Of a DNA stretch of 64,000 nucleotides, positions 26,952 through 35,945 are shown in pieces (position 1 is the stretch's first letter; every line of letters starts with the position of its first letter). Source of the stretch: Candidatus Parcubacteria bacterium (GTDB lineage: Bacteria; Patescibacteriota; Patescibacteriia; UBA1558; GWA2-36-10). Position numbers and translations under genes: made by a program. The notes below the pieces were generated by a model, which had not been told where the DNA came from, made no database searches, and was given only the letters and a program-made list of their open reading frames with translations. Location: NCBI GenBank assembly GCA_018669975.1, contig JABHSK010000002.1, positions 73,293-137,292 on the forward strand, written 5' to 3'.

Positions 26952-27860
26952 TTATTTTACCTCTCCGTATGCGTCATCTTCAAATTTTTCCTTGAAGTAA
27001 GTAGCAAACTTTGAAGCAATATATACTCTAAATTTCTCAATGTCCACTTCAGAGGCCTTATTTTTTATTCTCTCCAAAACATTAGCTGGAAATATAGCTA
27101 CTAAAAATTCTGGATACTCATAGCTATCATCACCAGCTCGTTCATGCAACTCAACTAATTGGTCTTTAAGCTCTCCATATTTTGCCCATTTCTTTTCTAT
27201 CAAATACTCCCAATCATCTCCCGTTAAATCACTCTTATCAATTATATCTAAACCATCGAATTTAGTTTGTTTTGCAAACTCAGAAGCATCTAAACCTAAC
27301 TGGCTCATCTCTGCTTCAAGTACCTGATAGTCTAAAATATGCTTACCGCCGGAATCTTCAGCTGCTTTTTTCTTCATGGTAGCTAACATTTCCAATGATA
27401 TTGGCCTAACATTTATTCCACCTATCTCTTTTTCGTCTTCTGGAAAACCACTAGCTGGGAAACTCCAATCTGCCACTTCATAATTACCTGTTTCAGAATT
27501 TATATCAAGCATGGCAACGTCTGCCCTGATACCTGTCTCTGGATTAGTGGCTCTAAATTTGTTACCCCAACCTTCTTCAACTATAAAACCTCTGTCCTCT
27601 AAATCTAAAATCACCTCATCTATATCATCAGTAGTAGTAAAATAATCTATGTCATTTGTTATGTCTCTGTGTGGCTCACCTAAGTGTGCTGCTATTGATA
27701 AACTACCCATCAACCAAACCTTCTTACCATGCTCATTAAAAACCTTCTGAAAATCACTGGCAGATTTCAAAATTTCTGGACTTATACTGGCTTCTTTCTC
27801 TGTTTTTTCTACGACTCCTGCTACGGGAAGACTCTCTTTATTTCTATCTTCAAAACCCAT
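26952..27860 (-). CDS. hypothetical protein, possible minimal nucleotidyltransferase-fold N-domain
   Basis: MGSLSIAAHLGEPHRDITNDIDYF loosely fits G[GS]-x(n)-DxD. Weak. Confidence 0.3.
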   Translation of the reverse strand: MGFEDRNKESLPVAGVVEKTEKEASISPEILKSASDFQKVFNEHGKKVWLMGSLSIAAHLGEPHRDITNDIDYFTTTDDIDEVILDLEDRGFIVEEGWGNKFRATNPETGIRADVAMLDINSETGNYEVADWSFPASGFPEDEKEIGGINVRPISLEMLATMKKKAAEDSGGKHILDYQVLEAEMSQLGLDASEFAKQTKFDGLDIIDKSDLTGDDWEYLIEKKWAKYGELKDQLVELHERAGDDSYEYPEFLVAIFPANVLERIKNKASEVDIEKFRVYIASKFATYFKEKFEDDAYGEVK

Positions 27861-27894
27861 AATTCTAACTTAATTATTATACGCTTATATCAAT

Positions 27895-28191
27895 TTAGTA
27901 CTCTTTATTAGGATCAAAACAAGCACATTGTGAATATTCATGCTCTATACCAGCTGGCCAAAGAGTTCCCTTCTCTAGACATGCTGGCTTATCAACCTCA
28001 CCTGGACAAATAAATCCTAAATCTCTACAAGAAATACTAATATTGCACTCTAATTCACCTTTCCTTAATTGTTCATTGATTTCAAAATTTGAAAATGGTG
28101 CAAATGGTTCTGTGGTATCGGTATTTTTATCTGTAGTACAACCAGCTCCCATCAATAGTGGAATGACTAAAATTAATAAAAGTTTTTTCAT
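27895..28191 (-). CDS. small lipoprotein with 8 Cys
   Basis: Lipobox LLMGAGC plus a Cys-rich mature part. Confidence 0.4.
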   Translation of the reverse strand: MKKLLLILVIPLLMGAGCTTDKNTDTTEPFAPFSNFEINEQLRKGELECNISISCRDLGFICPGEVDKPACLEKGTLWPAGIEHEYSQCACFDPNKEY

Positions 28192-28213
28192 GTCCTTAAG
28201 TTTAAATGATTAT

Positions 28214-28546
28214 TTATAATTCTCCTTGTCCATAATCTTGTCCATAATCCAACTCCTCATTAGATTGGAGTTTATCTAAAAATCTCTGCAATATATCTGC
28301 ATTAGGTGATTCGCCAACATTTACAATCGCCTCCTGTAGAGCTTCCTCATCTTTATCCAAATAGGCCTGTGTGCCTTTCATGTACCAGACAAAATCTTTT
28401 TCCTTATTTTCTAAAACAGCCAGATCAATGGCTTCCTGTAAAAATTTTTTACCCTCTTCTATGTCACCAGCTGCCAATTTAGACTGTGCAGTATGAAAAA
28501 CCTCTATGTAGGCTGGCGATGGTGTTGATTCAAATATTTTCTCCAT
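28214..28546 (-). CDS. small acidic helical (TPR-like) protein
   Basis: 110 aa of helical repeats with no TM segment. Confidence 0.35.
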   Translation of the reverse strand: MEKIFESTPSPAYIEVFHTAQSKLAAGDIEEGKKFLQEAIDLAVLENKEKDFVWYMKGTQAYLDKDEEALQEAIVNVGESPNADILQRFLDKLQSNEELDYGQDYGQGEL

Positions 28547-28550
28547 GGCT

Positions 28551-28592
28551 TTAGTATATCAAAAAACCACTCCTTTTGGAATGATTCTTTAT
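28551..28592. repeat. array element copy 4
   Basis: ttagtatatcaaaaaaccactccttttggaatgattcttta. Confidence 0.55.
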
Positions 28593-28655
28593 GTAAAGAT
28601 TAGTAATTAGGATAAATTTAAAATTAGGTTTCCAGACCTCAGCAATCTCATATTT

Positions 28656-29435
28656 TTATTTTAATAGTTTTAATATCTCACTCTTTTTCCTCTTAGCCTC
28701 CAATTCACCAAACTTTATAATTTCTTTAAATTTTTTTTCTGTTTCTAATAGACCATAGGGGCTAGTGTTTGGTGTTAATAAAACATAACTATCTTTTGGA
28801 ACGCTTTTTATTTTTTCGGTTGTTATCTCTTGCTGCATTATCTTAATACTAGCACCTAAAACATCCAGCAAGTTTATCCTTTGTTTTTTACCTAAACTCT
28901 TATAAGGAGAAACATTTACCATGACATAATGTTTTATGTTTTTTGGAATAATTGAAAAGGGTACTTGGTTCAAAACGCCCCCGTCAATATAATATTGATT
29001 ATTAATCTTAGCTGGACTAAAAATACCTGGCACAGCTATACTAGCACGAATCGCTTTCATTAAATTACCCCTATCAAACACTACTTCAGAGCCACTAGAA
29101 ATATTAGTAGCATTTATGTACAGTGGTATTTTCAAATCAGCGAAATTATCTTTGCCAATAAACTCAAGAAATAATTTTTCCAATTTATTTAAATTTTTTA
29201 TACCCAAAGTGTTTAAAGAAAAATCAAAATTCTTATAAATTTTATTACTCAATATAAAGTCTTCTATCTCTTCTCCTGTTTTTCCAGAAGCATAAAAAGC
29301 TCCAATAACACCTCCCACGCTACAGCCAGCAATTACGCTCACATTTACATTAAGTTTATCCAAAACCTTTAGGACTCCAATATGTGCCATGCCTCTGGCA
29401 CCTCCTCCTGATAAAACTAAAGCTGTTTTTTTCAT
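28656..29435 (-). CDS. patatin-like phospholipase
   Basis: GGGARGMAHIGVL oxyanion motif, GCSVGG (GxSxG nucleophile) and a DGG catalytic Asp motif (YIDGGVLN). Confidence 0.8.
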   Translation of the reverse strand: MKKTALVLSGGGARGMAHIGVLKVLDKLNVNVSVIAGCSVGGVIGAFYASGKTGEEIEDFILSNKIYKNFDFSLNTLGIKNLNKLEKLFLEFIGKDNFADLKIPLYINATNISSGSEVVFDRGNLMKAIRASIAVPGIFSPAKINNQYYIDGGVLNQVPFSIIPKNIKHYVMVNVSPYKSLGKKQRINLLDVLGASIKIMQQEITTEKIKSVPKDSYVLLTPNTSPYGLLETEKKFKEIIKFGELEAKRKKSEILKLLK

Positions 29436-29473
29436 GTTCTTATTATAAAACTTTTATTCTAATTAAAATTATC

Positions 29474-30457
29474 TTAATCGGTTAGCTCCTCTTTTTTACT
29501 ATCAGAATAATACTGTTCTCCAATTCTGAACTTATTTGGATTCTCCCTAATAATCGTCGCTACTTTTTCTAGATCTTCCTTAGGTATAGTCACGCCCAAA
29601 ATTTCTGCAGTCCCCTCATGATAAGCAGAATCATATGCCTGAAAAGTTTTTCCTCCAACAGCTTCCGCAAGTGCTTGTGCTCTTTTTTGACGCTCAGAAA
29701 AATCATCAGGGCGCTTATTATCATAACCATCATTATCTACAGGCACTATTGCAAATACAATCATTACCTCGTCATATTTAATTGCTTCTTCAGATTCCTT
29801 AATAATGGGATTGTTCATAGCCTCTTCTTGCCTAAACCTATCCCAACGATAATCAGCCGTAGTTCCTTTGGTGCTACTCGTTTTACTTGGACGCCTTTTC
29901 TTTGCATCCACATTAAAATAATATGGATTATGCCAATCTTTAGTTGTGATAATATCCTCGTCTGTTAATATAGAAAACTCAGGTAGGCCAAAATCTTCAA
30001 GTGTACAATCTTGCCTAATAATATCTATTAGCACCGTCTCTTTATCTTTACCTAATCGCTCCCCGAAATCAATCAATTCTAAATGAATATTGTGCCTTTC
30101 CTCATCTATAAGACGTATCGCCGAGGCAATCTCCTTGTTTTGCAATCCTCCCGGTGAACGTTTTTCTATTTTTCTAATTTCTTTCACCTTAGCTTTATAT
30201 CGCTCCATAATTTCCCTATATTCTTTCAACACCTTTAATTCGTGCTCTTCTATGGCTTCAACTCTTCTATTTACTTCTTCTGGGCTATCAAAAGAATACC
30301 TTTCGGGCTCTCTTTCCGCTTCATTCTCCGTATCAGTCACCTCTGCACCCCTTTTTTTATCATTTCTTTCATCCTGATATTCTTGAGTGCCCTCGTCTAC
30401 GTCCTTTTTGGTAAATTTTGGCTCATGGGCAGTCATGCCCGGCTCTCTAATTGGCAT
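29474..30457 (-). CDS. acidic hypothetical protein (coiled-coil-rich)
   Basis: Highly charged N-terminal half. No motif recognised. Confidence 0.4.
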   Translation of the reverse strand: MPIREPGMTAHEPKFTKKDVDEGTQEYQDERNDKKRGAEVTDTENEAEREPERYSFDSPEEVNRRVEAIEEHELKVLKEYREIMERYKAKVKEIRKIEKRSPGGLQNKEIASAIRLIDEERHNIHLELIDFGERLGKDKETVLIDIIRQDCTLEDFGLPEFSILTDEDIITTKDWHNPYYFNVDAKKRRPSKTSSTKGTTADYRWDRFRQEEAMNNPIIKESEEAIKYDEVMIVFAIVPVDNDGYDNKRPDDFSERQKRAQALAEAVGGKTFQAYDSAYHEGTAEILGVTIPKEDLEKVATIIRENPNKFRIGEQYYSDSKKEELTD

Positions 30458-30480
30458 AAATATGTTATTTAATAATATAT

Positions 30481-30525
30481 TCAGTATATCAGAAAACCAC
30501 CTTGTTATAAAGTGGTTCTTTGATA
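30481..30525. repeat. array element copy 5 (stem variant ccacctt/aagtgg)
   Basis: tcagtatatcagaaaaccaccttgttataaagtggttctttgata. Confidence 0.55.
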
Positions 30526-30544
30526 CCTTGTTTAACTTTAGATA

Positions 30545-31672
30545 TTAATCTTTTTTAAATTTAAGGGTATTAGCAAAAGTACCCCAAGCAAAAATATAAA
30601 TTAACATAGAAATCATGAATCCAATAAATGGAATCTTACCTAGTAAAATATAAATTAATATACCCAATGCCAAAACTAAAACCTTGCGCCATTTAGCATT
30701 GGAAAATAGTTTGTCTTTAATAAATTTACCTATCAACCAGGCAGCCATAACTTTAGCTAAATAAAATGCTATAGCCCACAGAACCATCACTATTATAGAA
30801 AGCGGCAAACCAACTATAGTAGCAGCTATTAAAATACTAGCCAATGGAGTCACTATTAACAATAATAGACCCTTGAAAAAAGTTTTAACTGGTTTTTTAT
30901 AAACTGAACTATATGAGTCTGCCACAAATTTTGGCCACAGATACAAAGCAATTATACCCACTATAAACATTCCAAAAAATTTAACAATCCAACCGAGTAA
31001 ATTTCCTTTGTCAAAACTTGGCTCAGTCTTTTTAACTATCTCATTAAAAGAAACATCACCAATCGTTGCATCAGAATTTATCTCGGATTCTTTTAGTGCT
31101 TTATAATACAAAGTACCATTGACAACTGCTTCATCTGAGATATTAATTGCCTCTTCTGTTGGTTCAGACAAATAAATATCTACATCATTATTTACAGTTC
31201 CACTTAACCGCATATTGCTAAAAGCACCCTCTAGACGACCAATCTCACCAGCCACATTAACCATCTGTCCCCAGAAAGTTAAATGCCCAGCCAGTTTAGA
31301 ATCTGAGTCTACTCTAAAACTCTTACCAGCTACCATTGCATTCCTAGTCACTTCTCCCATCAAATCAATATTTTCACCAACTAACCTCAGAGAACCATTC
31401 ACCTTTCCTTTGACAGTGATATTGCTACCAGCTGCAAAGATATCTCCATTAATATTCTCCGAATCAATTACTATCGTATCACCCGCTACAAAAATGTCCC
31501 CATTGACCGTACCGTTGATTTCTATTGTGTTTCCAGCTGCATAATAATTACCATTAATCACTTGATCCTTCTCCAAAATAACAATGTCTGAGCTATACCC
31601 AGTCAAAGCCAAAGCGGATGTCGGTAAAACTATACAAATAGCCAAAACAAACCATTTAATTTTTTTAAACAT
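30545..31672 (-). CDS. bactofilin-like beta-helical repeat protein with C-terminal multi-TM anchor
   Basis: Repeated INGDIFVAGDTIVID / INGDIFAAGSNITVKG / VNGSLRLVGENIDLMG beta-helix repeats, then about 4 TM helices. Confidence 0.5.
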   Translation of the reverse strand: MFKKIKWFVLAICIVLPTSALALTGYSSDIVILEKDQVINGNYYAAGNTIEINGTVNGDIFVAGDTIVIDSENINGDIFAAGSNITVKGKVNGSLRLVGENIDLMGEVTRNAMVAGKSFRVDSDSKLAGHLTFWGQMVNVAGEIGRLEGAFSNMRLSGTVNNDVDIYLSEPTEEAINISDEAVVNGTLYYKALKESEINSDATIGDVSFNEIVKKTEPSFDKGNLLGWIVKFFGMFIVGIIALYLWPKFVADSYSSVYKKPVKTFFKGLLLLIVTPLASILIAATIVGLPLSIIVMVLWAIAFYLAKVMAAWLIGKFIKDKLFSNAKWRKVLVLALGILIYILLGKIPFIGFMISMLIYIFAWGTFANTLKFKKD

Positions 31673-31731
31673 AAGCTTAATCTTACTAATTATATTTATA
31701 TTTTAAAACACTATATGGGAAAATTAGATTA

Positions 31732-32055
31732 TTAACTAATCTTAACCGCTGTTCCATAAGCTAACATTTCAGATGCGCCTGTCATTATCATTGAAGTAGT
31801 AAATTTAGCACCAATAACGGCGTCAGCTCCCAAGTCTATGGCTTGATTTATCATTCTATTATATGCCTCATCTCTCGCACTCATTGTCATTTCTGTGTAA
31901 GTTTTGATTTCTCCACCTACCATACCTTTTAGACTTGCTCCAATATCTCTACCAATATTTCTCGTTCTCACTGTACTACCCTTAACAACTCCTAAAATTT
32001 TAATGATTTTTTTTGCAGGAATTTCATTTCCTGTTGTAACAATTACATTCGACAT
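31732..32055 (-). CDS. YbjQ/UPF0145 family protein
   Basis: 107 aa with IVTTGNEIPAKKI...GVVKGSTVRTRNIGRDIGASLKGMVGGE...DADAVIG motifs typical of UPF0145. Confidence 0.7.
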   Translation of the reverse strand: MSNVIVTTGNEIPAKKIIKILGVVKGSTVRTRNIGRDIGASLKGMVGGEIKTYTEMTMSARDEAYNRMINQAIDLGADAVIGAKFTTSMIMTGASEMLAYGTAVKIS

Positions 32056-32056
32056 A

Positions 32057-32257
32057 TTATTTTTTATTATTTTTTATTTCTTCTATATTGTCTTCTTTTT
32101 TATTAAAAAAGATAAAAAATCCTATTACAACAAAAAAGGTCCCCCAAATCGCAAGCCAAAACCAATCTTCAGGTTTATCTGAAACTACATTAAATATTAC
32201 ATATAAACCCAATGCTATTAAGATTGTTCCTGCTATTGTTCGACTCGTGGTATTCAT
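32057..32257 (-). CDS. small two-TM membrane protein
   Basis: 66 aa, hydrophobic. Confidence 0.35.
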   Translation of the reverse strand: MNTTSRTIAGTILIALGLYVIFNVVSDKPEDWFWLAIWGTFFVVIGFFIFFNKKEDNIEEIKNNKK

Positions 32258-32269
32258 AATAATTTTATT

Positions 32270-32440
32270 TTAATAGCATGGCCCAGGCCACCTTCTCTAG
32301 ACTCGCCATTCACCTTGCCTTCAGTATATCAAAAAACCACTTGTTTATAAAGTGATTCTTTGCTAAATGGCCCATCGTAGACCCCTAATGTAGCGATAAG
32401 GGGCTGAGACATGTTCAGAACTTTTTGTTATGAAAATATA
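32270..32440. repeat. array element copy 6 (full, with GC-rich 5' block atggcccaggccacc...)
   Basis: Carries the tcagtatatcaaaaaaccacttgtttataaagtgattctttg core and a divergent distal part ending ttcagaactttttgtt. Confidence 0.55.
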
Positions 32441-32441
32441 T

Positions 32442-32981
32442 TTAATGAGATTTAAAAAGATTAAATGTTTCTTCAATCTGTGACCAGGGGTCGAAAAGTA
32501 CCCAATGCAGCATCCATTCCTGAAACATTTTCGGTATAAATAATCCTATTAAAGCTAGTATTAAGTTCTTTTTTGTTGGTTTTAAATGTTTAAACCATTT
32601 ATTTCTAGCTTCCCAAAACAAGAAGAAATTTTCAAACATGTTAGGGAAAATGAATAATAGTATTCTAATGCCTGTTGCCTCCATCAAAACAACCCCTACA
32701 ATTCTGTATATGAATAGTCCTATATTAATTTTTCTTGGTAATTGATCGGTCCATCGAAGGCTTACTATAAAGCTAAAAATTAAATAATAAGTATCCAATG
32801 CTTTATCTGCAGGACTATACCATCCTTCAGGTATTGTTCCAACACCTATTATTGAAACCATAACCACATCTAATGCGTCAGCTAATAATGAGGCGATTGT
32901 TCCCCAAAATGGATATTTAAATATTGAAAGAGGTACTAAAAGCCTGATAATTAACACAATAATTGGTCCAGTCATTTCCAT
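32442..32981 (-). CDS. membrane protein, paralog A (paired with 63132..63653)
   Basis: MEMTGPIIVLIIRLLVPL...PFWGT...ILLFIFPNMFENFFLFWEARN. About 50% identical to the 173-aa protein at the window end. Confidence 0.5.
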   Translation of the reverse strand: MEMTGPIIVLIIRLLVPLSIFKYPFWGTIASLLADALDVVMVSIIGVGTIPEGWYSPADKALDTYYLIFSFIVSLRWTDQLPRKINIGLFIYRIVGVVLMEATGIRILLFIFPNMFENFFLFWEARNKWFKHLKPTKKNLILALIGLFIPKMFQEWMLHWVLFDPWSQIEETFNLFKSH

Positions 32982-33004
32982 TTTTTCTTATTTTAATAAT
33001 AATA

Positions 33005-33095
33005 TAATTATACCACAAAACAAAAAACTAGCTAAGACTAGCTAATTTTTTGACTGGAATCTCCTATGAGGAGTGTTCAAAACTTTTTGTTATAA
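33005..33095. repeat. array element copy 7 (stem variant ctagcta/tagctag)
   Basis: ataccacaaaacaaaaaactagctaagactagctaattttttgactggaatctcctatgaggagtgttcaaaacttttt. Confidence 0.5.
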
Positions 33096-33122
33096 AACCA
33101 AAATAGAGGATATTTCTATACT

Positions 33123-33151
33123 ATTGACAAAATAGCTAAAATATGCTATAC
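33123..33151 (+). promoter_or_regulatory. near-consensus sigma-70 promoter (TTGACA-17nt-TATACT)
   Basis: ttgacaaaatagctaaaatatgctatact. Same architecture as the promoter at 12163. Confidence 0.5.
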
Positions 33152-33225
33152 TACTATATTAATCCGAGCAAAGATGGGCTTAAACCCCCTCCTTTGCAAG
33201 TCCGTTCCTTGTCAGGAGAAGAATA

Positions 33226-33525
33226 ATGCAGGAATTCAATTTAAACAATCGCGTCTTTGTTAAATTAACTCAACGTGGTGAGGAAGTGCTTAGTGCACAC
33301 ATCTCAAAACAAGCTAAGATTATCTCACACGTAAAAAGGCTTCATAACCTTCCCCAAGATGCGGCGTCCGCTGCAAAAATCACAACACTCTACGAGCCCA
33401 ACGAAGAGGGCTACATAGAAATAGAACTGTGGCATCTCATGGAAATCTTCGGTGCATACGCGCAAACAACAATTGACGAACCCTCGTTCGTCGGAAACTG
33501 CATTTACTTTACCCCTCCCAAATAA
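33226..33525 (+). CDS. hypothetical cytoplasmic protein (GC-richer insert, only plus-strand gene in the array)
   Basis: AGGAGA Shine-Dalgarno, no TM helix, composition visibly GC-richer than the flanks. Confidence 0.45.
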   Translation: MQEFNLNNRVFVKLTQRGEEVLSAHISKQAKIISHVKRLHNLPQDAASAAKITTLYEPNEEGYIEIELWHLMEIFGAYAQTTIDEPSFVGNCIYFTPPK

Positions 33526-33545
33526 TCTAATGGGAGACTGTTCAT

Positions 33546-33583
33546 GGGACCTAGCGATAATATCAAAGGGTCCTTTTCTTTTT
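33546..33583 (+). terminator. rho-independent terminator
   Basis: gggacctagcgataatatcaaagggtcc followed by ttttcttttt. Confidence 0.6.
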
Positions 33584-33587
33584 GTCT

Positions 33588-33655
33588 AAAAATCAAAAAA
33601 CCATTCCTTTTGAAATGGTTCTTTGATGGGTACTTTCAAAACTTTTTTAGTTGAG
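33588..33655. repeat. array element copy 8
   Basis: aaaaatcaaaaaaccattccttttgaaatggttctttgatgggtactttcaaaacttttttagttgag. Confidence 0.55.
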
Positions 33656-33656
33656 A

Positions 33657-34076
33657 TTAGTGATGAGGAGCCATAGTTTCTTTCTTCTTTCTAGAAAATG
33701 GTAATGCTACGAGCAATGCCAAACCATGCCAAATTATTATATTTTGTATAAAATTTATTATATTAAAGCCTGGACTATAATTAAACCCCTTATCTTCAGA
33801 TAAATATGGGAAAAAACCGAAACTTAGATGCTTCTGACAATATGATTCGCAATTAGCGCTCCTTATACCCCAGGGATCATCAAATTCTTCTAGCTCCTCA
33901 TTATTAATACTATTATCAGTATTACTACAAGAAACTCTACATCTTTCTACATAAAAGGGCTTCCAAGTAGATTCTTCGGTCATTTTATATGAAAAAAGTA
34001 ATGACGCTAAAATTTGAAAAAATAAACCTAAAAAGATTGTAATAACAAATATTTTTTTACCATTAAATTTTTTCAT
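33657..34076 (-). CDS. small secreted/membrane Cys-containing protein (paralog 1)
   Basis: Signal anchor. C-terminal IIIWHGLALLVALPFSRKKKETMAPHH aligns with the neighbour. Confidence 0.5.
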   Translation of the reverse strand: MKKFNGKKIFVITIFLGLFFQILASLLFSYKMTEESTWKPFYVERCRVSCSNTDNSINNEELEEFDDPWGIRSANCESYCQKHLSFGFFPYLSEDKGFNYSPGFNIINFIQNIIIWHGLALLVALPFSRKKKETMAPHH

Positions 34077-34089
34077 AATTATAATTTAA

Positions 34090-34190
34090 ATAATAACTAT
34101 TTCATTATACCATAAATCAAAAAACCAACTAACATTAACCAATTCTTTGATGGAGTCCATTATGAGGCATGTTCGGAACCCAAATTATAG
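34090..34190. repeat. array element copy 9 (degenerate hairpin)
   Basis: aaatcaaaaaaccaactaacattaaccaattctttgatggagtccattatgaggcatgttcggaacc. Confidence 0.45.
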
Positions 34191-34193
34191 AGA

Positions 34194-34553
34194 TTAATGA
34201 TGATGACCTACTATTTTTTTCTTCTTTCTAGAAAAAGGCAAAACTATTAGTAATGCTAATCCATGCCAAGCTATTATATTTATTAAAAAAAATTGTGCGT
34301 TGAATCCTGGTGACGGAATCATCCCTCTATCTTCCTTAAAATATGAAGGAAGGCCAAGACTCAAATAATCAACACATCCAATTGTTGGCATACAGGGGCT
34401 ATTGGAATCACTAACGGAACAACCATCAATAATACAGTGAGTTAATAAAAATGTTAAAGATTCACTCTTCATAGAAGTATATGAAAGCGAGGCTATACCT
34501 TGTAATAAAAAACCTAGAACGAGTGTGATAAATAAAACTTTCTTCCAACTCAT
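34194..34553 (-). CDS. small secreted/membrane Cys-containing protein (paralog 2)
   Basis: C-terminal IIAWHGLALLIVLPFSRKKKKIVGHHH. Confidence 0.5.
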   Translation of the reverse strand: MSWKKVLFITLVLGFLLQGIASLSYTSMKSESLTFLLTHCIIDGCSVSDSNSPCMPTIGCVDYLSLGLPSYFKEDRGMIPSPGFNAQFFLINIIAWHGLALLIVLPFSRKKKKIVGHHH

Positions 34554-34556
34554 AAT

Positions 34557-34660
34557 TTTAATTTAATAACATTCTCAGTATATCAAAAAACCACTTGTTT
34601 ATAAAGTGATTCTTTGATGGGGTCCTCTATGGGGTACTTTCGGAACTTTTTTGGTTGAGA
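34557..34660. repeat. array element copy 10 (full-length)
   Basis: tttaataacattctcagtatatcaaaaaaccacttgtttataaagtgattctttgatggggtcctctatggggtactttcggaacttttttggttgag. Confidence 0.6.
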
Positions 34661-34672
34661 ATCCTAATGTAC

Positions 34673-35176
34673 CTATGATTTCTTAAATTTCCCAACTATC
34701 CATCCAATAACAGAACCAATGAGAACACCCGAAACTACATATATTAAAAAGAGCACAACCTCTTCTACTCCCCTAATTCCCTCTCCCCATAAATACTTTG
34801 CTGCCTTATCAGATAATTTACTGATTATAAAAGTTAAAAGTAATAATAAAACAACACCAAGGCCCCCAATAAGTTGACCTCTCAATATTTCTTTTTTACT
34901 TAAAGACCAACCAATATATAAACCCAGAAGAGTTAGAATAATAAATCCTGGTATACCGAATGCAATCAAAGCTTGTAACACATAAAATATCATTTCATCC
35001 CATTGACAAGTGACCTGATCTACTACAGCTGGACAAGAATAATCACCTATATGAGTTGCTACATAGATAAACATCCAAATTCCAGATATAACAAAAGCTG
35101 ACAGGCCTGCTATCCAACCTACCGTAAAGCCCTTTTTAGTCTTGCTCATTTTACTCCATCTATTTTTAAAACTCAT
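34673..35176 (-). CDS. four-TM membrane protein
   Basis: Hydrophobic helices with a CPAVVDQVTCQ loop. Confidence 0.45.
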   Translation of the reverse strand: MSFKNRWSKMSKTKKGFTVGWIAGLSAFVISGIWMFIYVATHIGDYSCPAVVDQVTCQWDEMIFYVLQALIAFGIPGFIILTLLGLYIGWSLSKKEILRGQLIGGLGVVLLLLLTFIISKLSDKAAKYLWGEGIRGVEEVVLFLIYVVSGVLIGSVIGWIVGKFKKS

Positions 35177-35179
35177 AAT

Positions 35180-35282
35180 GTTATTTTAATAACATTCTCA
35201 GTATAACAAAAAACCATTCCTTTTGGAATGATTCTTTGACTGGGATCCTCTATGGGGTACTTTCAGAACTTTTTTAGTGGAG
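35180..35282. repeat. array element copy 11 (full-length)
   Basis: aatgttattttaataacattctcagtataacaaaaaaccattccttttggaatgattctttgactgggatcctctatggggtactttcagaacttttttagtggag. Confidence 0.6.
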
Positions 35283-35311
35283 ATGAATGAAAATGATATG
35301 AAAAGATTAGA

Positions 35312-35803
35312 TTATTTACTATTAAGTTCAGGACAATTTTGAATTGTTGAGTCCGAAATATAATCTGCATCTTTATAATCTAAAGTTGAAAAATAACCAC
35401 ATAACACGGGATTATCTGGAGGAGTTATATTGTCTGGCATACCAAAACAATTTTCTATAAGATTCCCCTCTCTATCATAAAAGTTTGTTCCTGCATCTGT
35501 ACACCAATCACAGGGAAATATATTTTTAGGTGAAGAACACACAGTTGCATATACCCTGCCATACTTAGAAGTATTCCAAGAAAGAAAAGGCGTGGCTCCA
35601 AATGAATGTTCTTTTGGCACTATCTTTTTAACTATATCCATATCAACTATATCCTCTGCGGGATTAGCGAAAGGATCTTGTAATTTAGTTAAATTATTTT
35701 GTGAAGTGTTAGAAACTTCTTCAAGATTTAAATGACGAAAAAATAAAAAATATACAGCCCATACAAAGACTACAATAATAATAGAAATAACAATTTTTTT
35801 CAT
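35312..35803 (-). CDS. secreted Cys-containing protein
   Basis: Signal anchor plus 8 Cys. Confidence 0.45.
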   Translation of the reverse strand: MKKIVISIIIVVFVWAVYFLFFRHLNLEEVSNTSQNNLTKLQDPFANPAEDIVDMDIVKKIVPKEHSFGATPFLSWNTSKYGRVYATVCSSPKNIFPCDWCTDAGTNFYDREGNLIENCFGMPDNITPPDNPVLCGYFSTLDYKDADYISDSTIQNCPELNSK

Positions 35804-35807
35804 AATT

Positions 35808-35922
35808 TTAAATTAAATAATAACATTTTAATTATACCACAAATCAAAGAATCATTCCTTTTGGAATGATTCTTTGGCTGGGGTCCTCTATGGGGTACTT
35901 TCAGAACTTTTTTGGTGGAGAA
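35808..35922. repeat. array element copy 12 (full-length)
   Basis: ...caaatcaaagaatcattccttttggaatgattctttggctggggtcctctatggggtactttcagaacttttttggtggag. Confidence 0.6.
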
Positions 35923-35945
35923 TGGTGAAGAAATAAAAAAAATTA

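Noticed and set aside
35155-35200. Palindrome AATGTTATTttaAATAACATT around the start codon of the 167-aa gene as a protein-binding site
   Set aside because: It is a by-product of the conserved TTTTAATAACAT end of the array element meeting a fortuitous upstream AATGTTAT. Not present at other copies.
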